Part shown: positions 55,411 through 64,000 of the stretch, piece after piece
Numbering within the stretch: the first letter of the stretch is position 1
Layout of the letters: the number at the start of each line of letters is the position of its first letter
Assembly (NCBI GenBank): GCA_051362555.1
Contig: CM120643.1
Location: 19,658,848-19,722,847 of the forward strand
Direction of reading: 5' to 3'
Source: Lingula anatina
Taxonomy: Eukaryota; Animalia; Brachiopoda
DNA length: 64,000 nt
Program-made: the position numbers and the translations under genes
Notes under the pieces: model-generated
Databases searched by the model: none
The model's input: only the letters and a program-made list of their open reading frames with translations
What the model was told of the DNA's origin: nothing

Positions 55411-56083
55411 ACAACTGGATAAAGAGAGACACTGGATGTTAAGACACAGGGACACAGTGAGGACTAGTCAACAGAAGTTAAGTAAATAAAAAGTAAGTTC
55501 AGTTGTGTTATATAGCGTACAACACATCTCAGTGCAGTTTTCAGTGGATGCCTGTTCATTTTTGGGTCTAACAGACTGAGTGATGACGATCTCGCATCCA
55601 TGACGAAGTTGTGAATCCTGGTCTCCATGTCGTCTTTCTTGTAATCCAGGCCTGTAGTCTTCAAGTTCAAGAGGTGGGGGAAGGAGGGGTGTCTTTTTCT
55701 AAAATTGATGTGTCCCTCTCCTGTTGACTTGAAGAAATGGCATAGAATCTAGAGCAAATTTTGATGCATGGTAGTCATTTCCGGTCAGAAAAGTGGATAT
55801 CAGTAATTGGAATTCCATGGGATACCCTCGTCTGTCTGCTGCCTGTCATCACAGCTTTCCAACTGTGGTGGTGGAGTTATGAATGCTAGATACTTGCTGA
55901 GGTGGTTTCTGCTGAGCTGTTGACTTTCTGGTCATAACCAATAGTTGATACAATTCTGCTTCCTTGATTTTGACATGATAAAGATATGAGAATTAAGTCA
56001 GGTTGATCGAAATGTTAGTTTTGAAGACGTTATTAGAGTTCAGACATTAGTATTCAGGCCAGGGAGGAGATTTTTCTGACTAT

Positions 56084-56165
56084 CGGTGGATTTCTGACTT
56101 TTTGGGAGCCAAAAATATCATTGACCTAGGTGACCCCCTGGATCCCATACCATATTTTCAGACTT
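56084..56165. repeat. Interspersed repeat fragment, second copy at ~58068-58150
   Basis: ggtggatttctgactttttgggag.caaaaatat...cctaggtg.ccccctgg in both. Confidence 0.6.
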
Positions 56166-58882
56166 TTTTTTTGCTAAATGACAGTTTCAACCTAGTTCAG
56201 GTACATTTCAGTTCATCTTAAAATTGCTGAGCACTACCATGTCTGTCTCTAAGCTGGGAATTTAGTAAAGGTAGTCTTCTGAAGTATTGTTTGCAACACA
56301 AATATAGACCCATCCAGGTTTGGTTTCACATAGCATCATCAGACAGCCACATTCTCATCTCAATAAAAATGCTGAAGCCTAGCAATAGCCCTATTTACTA
56401 CCTGCTAATTACTGCTGGCTGCTATTAGAGATGTTGTTCTTTGTTGATGATGTTTCAGGCACTTGGTTGTTGTAGATCTGTCTGTTGACATTGTTGAACT
56501 GTTGACATTGTTCCTAGGTTGTTGTAAATATAGATCGTCTGTACAGTGTTCAATATATACATATTTGGGAAGCAGGTAGCAGTTTTGACCTATGTAACTA
56601 GATGGCAGTAACTGTTGTACTGATTGTCCAATGCACACTGCCAGTTTTAAGCTGAGCTAGGTAGCAGTATTGACTGTTGTAATGGCTGTCCAGCACATGC
56701 TACCAGTTTTTAGCTGATCTGTTGACTTTTTAGAGATGGCAGTTTTTATTTTCTTTATATTTTAATGATTTTTTTCTTTGGGGACATAAAGTAAAATTCA
56801 CCCTGCCTTACAACTCATTTGAGCATATTATTATTATTTTGTTTTGAGTAAATAGCTCGGGAATCACAGGGTATGTCGCTTATATAGCAAAGTGTGAAAA
56901 GCACAGTGTGAATTTGTCTGAAGAAGTGGGCAAGTGTTGAAATTGGATTCTTTTTGTCCATAAAACACCTGATTATAGCCAAAAATGTTGGTGTGAAGCA
57001 TACTTACATATATAAACTTTTTGATTAGTTGGGTTCAGAATTTTGATCAGGGCAAAGGGTTTCATTCATTTGGCTAGAATGGGTACCTGTGAAGTGATCT
57101 CTCACTAGTTCAATTGATAATGCAATTTAAAAAAGAAACTACTTTATGGAAATTATAAACCTCATTTATTTTTTATTTATTCCCTTTTTATTTTCTGAAA
57201 AAATGTGAAAATTTTATGAGAGAAATTCTGACAAAAATTTCAGTTGGATGCTTCTTTTCATTGTAAGTGAAGCACATCAAAAAACTGTATATTTATACCA
57301 ATTTATCTATTATTCAAGCTTGTAAAAAGACCAGATATTTGCAAAATCAAGATTAAATGTTAGTGAGTTTCCAGTGTGAATAAATTTTTCGAAGAACTGT
57401 GCAGTGGGAGGTGAGCATAACTGACATGTTAAATGTCATGTAGCAATTTTTGTGTGTTAATTGTGTATTTAAAGAACATTGTTGTTATTTCTGAAGACAA
57501 AACTTCCCAGATGTCCTGTGATAAGAGTCATGCATGGAGATGCACTCTGAGAGAAGCAATTCTTTGGGAGTCCAGAAGGTTTCTTAGTGTGAAAGTTGCC
57601 ATCATTTCAACATTTTTGAAGACTGTGGTTATTGCTTTCACTTTCCAAACACTCATTTCTGGCATTTACTATAAACTCTAAAGGAACAGATTTCTTTAAA
57701 CTAAGTGAGTGCTTTTTTTTTTTTTTTGAAACGATGCCAATATTTTTAATTCAATCAATTATTTATTATGCAAAAATAAAGTGGAACAAAATGAAATGCA
57801 CTAATACAGTATTTAATATTTTACATTTTACATAATATTTTATTTTATCTATAGTCAAATGGAACATGTTGAACATTTGGCTGGAATGTACTCGACAAGA
57901 ATGTGACAAATTATATCATGTGAAGATTTATGATACTTTGTTCCTTACCAAGAAAACTCAGTGTGAGCTCAGCTTCCTATGGTATTAGAGCAGGTTCACA
58001 GTCGTGCTAAATGGTTGCTGGGACATTTGTATGATTTCTCAGCCATGGATGATGTTTTCCTAATATTGGTGGATTTCTGACTTTTTGGGAGTCAAAAATA
58101 TTCATTGGCCTAGGTGCCCCCCTGGCCCCCATGCCATATTTTTTGACATTTTCAATCTCATCCCTGCTCAGAGAAGCAAGATCCTATTGTGTAAGTCCCT
58201 GTTGAGTATCATATAATACTAACTGAAGGTGTTTGGCATGGCTTGATTTTAAATAAGGCATTAGGCTCTGTTCCCATTTTCTCTTTGTTTTTCTTAAATT
58301 CTAACATTTGCGTTGAACTCTGATCCTGTTCTTCTGTTATATTCTATTTTATTCCCTTCCAGTAAGGCATAGGGCTTAAAGTTGAATAAATAATGAATGG
58401 ATCGTGATATTCTAACTTGTAACTAGGCACTAATTGATTGTAAATAGGTGTGCGGGGTCCTGAAATAGTTACCCTTAGGACCAGGCAATGGATATGTACT
58501 TTTGGGACTGTTCGTAATGAAGTATGCCGATTACTCTTCGGGAATTTTTGCTAAATGCAATCAGATTAACCAAATAACACACCCCCTTTTGTTTCCAATG
58601 TGCTTGTATAAACCCCAACTTCTCTGTTATCTTCTTGACGCCAGGAGATGGTGTGTTGATCTGTTAATCTGCTGCATTCAGCTAGAGTCCATGTGGAGTT
58701 GGTGCGCAGTAGCTAGTGCAACCTAACTCATTATGAACAGCCCCTAAGTCCACTTCAATTGTAGACCAAAACATGCTCATAATTGTTTTAGTGATATAAT
58801 GTTATTCAATCAATAAATTTCCACCTTAATGCAAGAAATTATAATTTTCTCTCATCAGGTTTAGTTGGGTGGTTTACCTTTG

Positions 58883-59266
58883 TTAAAGGTACATATGAAC
58901 TGAGCATCGGTGGAACGTGGATTCCCAGTAACACATGTAAACCACCTCAACTGGTTTCTTATATGACTTAAATGAATTCGACATGCCAAGGGATAAACTG
59001 AATAGATGACTCGATCAGCCATAAAAGAGCTTTAGACTGCTCCTTTCTTTAAATTTTTGGTCGGAAATTTAACCTAATTTCGTGACCTACTTTTCTGCAC
59101 CATTGACATACGGCATAGAATGCTAGCAGAAAAATCCGTTCAAACATCATTTTCGGAGATAATTAAACAATGCCTTTTGGTAATTCTCTTAGTTGTACTA
59201 CTTGAAACTATATGCTGGCATTTGGTCGGTTTTTGTGACAAAAAATGACTTTGTATGCATCTTTAA
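58883..59266. mobile_element. TTAA-flanked Kolobok-like element
   Basis: Homologous to 18842-19238. Confidence 0.8.
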
Positions 59267-59488
59267 GGGTGCTTTCCCAGAGATTTAGATCGATCTAAAG
59301 ATTAAGTTTTAGATCAACCTAACTGGGGGTTCAGGCTAAATTGCAGTCAGCGGAGCGGAAACCATAGTTAATTACCCCCTTACAGCTTTTAGTAGGCGGG
59401 ACAGACGCTTAAGCCGGCCAAGCTGACAGTAATCTAGTGAGACTCCCCACAGGGATAGATCGATCTAAAAATCTTTGGAAATGGGGTG
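59267..59488. mobile_element. MITE homologous to ~1243-1460
   Basis: Shared tagatcgatctaaa, gttaattacccc and gacagtaatctagtgagactcccc blocks. Confidence 0.72.
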
Positions 59489-59649
59489 TAATATGCCTCT
59501 ATAGGAATGGCTTGCTGCTAAAAATAGGTGATATTGTAATAAGGGATTGTTACAGTTAAAGGGAAGTGGACAGAGAGAGAGAGTTGGAAGTGAAGTGAGA
59601 AAATAATATCAGCAAGAGAAAGGTGAAGATGAAAGAGGTGTGATATAAT

Positions 59650-59975
59650 GAACAGGTGTTCTAAGGTTAGGTGCAAGGTGGGTGTTGATCAGGACCAGGG
59701 TGGGAATTAATATGAAGGACAGGTGTTCTAGGGGTGGGTGCTAGGTGGGTGTTGATCAGGACTAGGGTGGGAATTAATATGAAGGACAGGTGTTCTAAGG
59801 TTAGGTGCAAGGTGGGTGTTGATCAGGACCAGGGTGGGAATTAATATGAAGGACAGGTGTTCTAGGGGTGGGTGCTAGGTGGGTGTTGATCAGGACTAGG
59901 GTGGGAAATGATATGAAGGACAAGTGTTCCAGGGGTAGGTGCAAGGTGGGTGTTAATATGGACAGGGGTGGGAAA
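59650..59975. repeat. 67-bp G-rich minisatellite with alternating variants
   Basis: gaaggacaggtgttcta at 59714, 59781 and 59848. Confidence 0.9.
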
Positions 59976-60323
59976 TCAGGAGGCTGAAAGGGGGAGGGTC
60001 GGGGTTGATGAATTATGTGATTTCTATTCCATATCATGGAAAGAAGTTCAGTTCAAACAAGGGTTTCTCAGCAAATGTGCAACTTTTAGTGTGAAAACAT
60101 TAGTCAGGAGGATCTGGGGGCGAGCTCTGATGACCAGAGAGATAAAGAAATAAATAAGGCAGAGGGGAGGGCGGGCCTCCCGGCCACACCACTGTAATTT
60201 ACAATGTTATAGTCTGTAATTGAAATTTAGAAGAAGAAGAAAAAAAGAAACAACAACAGCTTGTTGGTTGGGTACATTTTATCAGTGTTGTCTTCTCTTT
60301 TGGATGAATTGTTATCTAACATG

Positions 60324-60376
<53 letters not shown>

Positions 60377-62120
60377 ACTTAAAGATACTTAACAAGTGAG
60401 AGTACAGCTGTATTCGTTCCTTTCAATGCATGCAAATTACTACTACCAGTTTTTTTTTACACAACTGGAATAAAATCCACATGCCAAAAATAGCCCAAAT
60501 TAATTACAGGATGATTCGCTGAAAGGCTTTAAAACCACAACTTTTCCAAATTTTTAGTAAGCTTGACCCAATTATCTTTCCTGACACAGTTTGTAATGAA
60601 ATAAAAATGAAACAAAGGGAAAATGACAAAACAAAACTATGTACCATTACTTTAACTTATTCTGTTTGAAACAATTTGGCAGCAATTTGTTGGGTTTAGT
60701 GCAAAATTTGACATGTCCACTGGCTTAATATGCACCTTAAAAGGTATGCCATTTGCATTAAAAAAAGTATGCCATTTGCTTTTAAAATGCCCCAAAGTCT
60801 TATTTTCTATATAACCATAGCCTACAAAGCTACATTTCCCAATTCATACCTCCAAACCAATGAAACCCTTCAAATAGAAGTATGTGACATTGATATTTCT
60901 TTCCAAAATGTACAGAAAGACCTGGTGTCAAAACACCTGGTCAGATATTTAGAAGTAAATTATAAAAATATGATTGGTATAAAACAGTCCAAGTGCAGAG
61001 ACGGTCAAGTAGTGAATTGTGAGGAAAAAATTAATTTTCCCTTCAGGAAAATATGATTCGACACAATAAACACAAATAGGATACTTGCCTGCACATTTTT
61101 ATATTTGTGTCTGTTATATATATAATTTTATTTTACAAAGAACAATAGATTTTATGCCTTTTATCAAAATGTTTTAATTGGTCAAAAAAAAAATTTTTTT
61201 TTGGTAGACTATTAGTTAGAGTAATTGCTGTATGTTCAGTTTTGGTATTAGCAAAAAAATTTAATGCACTGTAATTGGGAAATAAAAATGAAATTAAGTG
61301 AAATACCATACCCAGTAAAAAATACAATTCTTTTTCCATGACCACAATACACTCAAGAATCAATGAAGTCTTTGAATTCTTTAAAAATGTACACTAGATT
61401 CTGTTTTTTTTTTTTTTTCCTGTTTCAAGCTAAAAGTGGAGTTACTCAGATTACAAAAAAAAAAAACAAAACAAAACTTTTTGACCTTCAAGTTTTTTTC
61501 CTTTTTTTGCAGTCTAAGCAACTACATTTTAGATTTCATGTTCATACAGCACATAATTGATTTGCACCGACATATTCCAAATCATCATTGAAATAAAAGA
61601 CAGGCAAAAGAGTGCTATTTTAAGTTTAGCAGCAAAGCAAGTGTAGTAGGGCGTGTGACTCGAAGAAGTCTATCTCTTCAGCATCTTTTGGCCAGGATGA
61701 CCTCTGGTCTAGATGATAACTGTGTAAACCGACTGACCAGCCCATAAAGTCGCATGCACTACATCATTTATAAACTGATAAATTCATAATAACTTGTTGC
61801 CCACTTTTATAAAGATAGATAAATTATTAGGCGTTTTTTAAGCTCTTAGTGGTTATGGGTGTATTCAACTGTGCACTTAGACTTTTAGTGGTTAATGTTG
61901 AGGAGGATTTATAAATCAATTAATTAATTCATTAACCAAACCTGTGCTCTGGTTTATAGCATTTCTCTTTTAGCCCACACTGAATACAGAAAAAGCAAGT
62001 TTAATTTTTATTGAATTCATTGAATCATCTTGTGACATAAATAAGACCCAAACCTAACAAACCTGAGCATTGGCTATTTGAAACACAAAAATTATTCTTT
62101 GGATTTTTGGTAAGATTTTT

Positions 62121-62345
62121 GTCACCTCCACCAAGGAGGTTATGTTTTGTTACCGTTTGTTTGTGGGTTTGTTAAGTATTGTGCAGATTTTGTTGACATT
62201 TTAATAGTAGGTTACCAATGGCTCAAGGAACAAGTGATTAGATTTATTAACTAAGTCATTAATTAAGTAATATGGTACAGTTTTTGATGAAATTTTCAGC
62301 TTAGTTGAACGGGAATAAAACTGTCTGAGGGTGGTGGTATCTGTG
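62121..62345 (+). mobile_element. Degenerate HINE/DINE-1-like element
   Basis: acctcc.ccaaggaggttatgtttt head shared with 5915 and 18502. Confidence 0.55.
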
Positions 62346-64000
62346 ATATTTGGCGACCAGTGTGTTAAAGTCGAGTATCGGTATGATCAAGACCAAGGTT
62401 TTTAGTTACTGGTTAGCAGAAAAGTTTCCCTGAAATTAAGTTTTAACTCTAAGAAAGAAGCAAGTGTTCTCAGTCCTGTGTTGCAGTCTCCAAGATAGTG
62501 ATATATTACAAAAAAGTATCCCGCATTGTGCATTGTCTTTAGTGAAAACAAATTGCCTGTAACATTTGGGGAGATGTGGACGTGCAAGTTTGTGTTTGGA
62601 GTCAACTTTTTGTGGCTGTTTATACCTATTAGTGGGTTGCCAGGTGTCACCTTGTCTGGGACGGACACACTAACGTAGTCAACCCGTCCCAAATGCCAAT
62701 TTTAGCTTTTCTAATTCACAGTATTTAATGTCAGGAGTGATAGTTGATATTATTATGTCATAGCGGGAGTCTGGTATTTAGCTCAAATGTCGGATTGTTT
62801 CCGAGTTTGAAGTCAGTTTCATTGTCAAAACGTGAATGTTGTATTCTTTGAAAACAAGCACTGAAAATGTAGAACAAAAGAAAAATGCTTTGATGATTAT
62901 CAATAGTATAATATTTATAAATATATACAGGAGTGTTTATTATGAAAGTCTATAAATAACTTAATTGATGTTGTGTGTCTATTTTGTAAAACCAGGAACA
63001 AGTGTTCAATTTAGAAGTTTTCGTGTTGAAAATTTATGTTATGCCTTAATTACACAGTTGTTAATGTTCACTAAATAATATAAAATATTAACACTGCATG
63101 GATATTGCACAGTGAGATAAAAATACATGTCACAGACAGGACCACAGGTGAACGTTTCTCTCCTTTTTCTAGAATCCCACCTTTTGCTTTGGAGAAGATA
63201 GTTAAGATCTTTTATTTAATTATCCACAAAAGCAGGGAGAATGACAGTTCAGGTTAAGGGGGGGGGGGGGGGGGGATGACGGTTTTGTTCCCACCCTCAT
63301 CTTTGTTCTTGTTCCCGTCTGTGGCCAGTACACATTGCATGCCCAGTGTCCATCAGCTGTCCACTCCCAGGTCACACTGGTCAGTCAACTGTATCTAGCC
63401 AGCTTAATTTGAGAGCAGAGAGGTGTAATTCAGCTTAGTTATCAGACACAATTTATGAGCCCTGCCCTCTTATCTCTGCTAGGTGGGTCCTGTATGCTCT
63501 TTAAGGGTTGACTTTAGGTGCAGGTGCTTTGGCCTCCTTATGATGCCTGTGCATGTTTGTGCATGTGCATGCATGCAGAGATGCTGACGGTTGTTACGTT
63601 GTCGTAAACTCACAATAACAAATAAAGGCTAGTGCTCATTACACGATATCTCACTTTGTTTGCTCAAATACATTTTTTTGCTTGCTCATTTATGATTTGA
63701 CTTCAAATTTTAAATTGGGCAAATAATTTAGCTATTTGACTACAACAGAAATTATTCTAGAGAGAAGGGCTATTGTTGACATTAAGACGATAGATACATA
63801 TACCAAAATTGCTCAAGTTGTTGAACATTTCACTTATTTTCTATTTTTATTTATTTGTTTATTTATTATTATTATTTTTTAATTTTTATTATTATTATTA
63901 TTATTGTTATTATTATTATTATTATTTTTGAGACACAGCATTTAACATTGTACGAAAGCACTGTCTGAAATGAAACATCTCTCTCAATTTGTTACCTGAA

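Noticed and set aside
55629-55646. DYKKDD, similar to a FLAG tag, in a minus-strand ORF
   Set aside because: Not the DYKDDDDK sequence and no vector context; coincidence.

Overview
AT-rich, intron-rich animal genomic DNA, most likely from a lophotrochozoan invertebrate such as a mollusc (inferred from the repeat types and mosaic CpG depletion). It holds three protein-coding loci. (1) The 3' part of a Piezo mechanosensitive channel gene (+ strand, coding exons 6940-23629), which ends in TWO paralogous last exons, each encoding the pore-lining inner helix plus C-terminal domain, and also has a duplicated internal 'YG(L/F)W' exon pair. (2) A complete 7-exon GMP reductase gene (- strand, 31610-27244, 349 aa), tail-to-tail with Piezo. 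(3) The 5' end of a G-protein alpha-s gene (+ strand) with TWO paralogous first coding exons (37770 and 50296) ahead of a single exon 2; its later exons lie beyond the window. Introns and intergenic DNA carry many non-autonomous DNA transposons (Helentron/HINE-like, TTAA-flanked Kolobok-like, Academ-like, small MITEs), minisatellites and microsatellites. The most notable signals are the swappable Piezo pore module, a transposon that appears to supply a Piezo splice donor, and repeated tandem duplication of splice junctions. Exon boundaries were read by eye from GT/AG sites and frame continuity; no transcript data were available.
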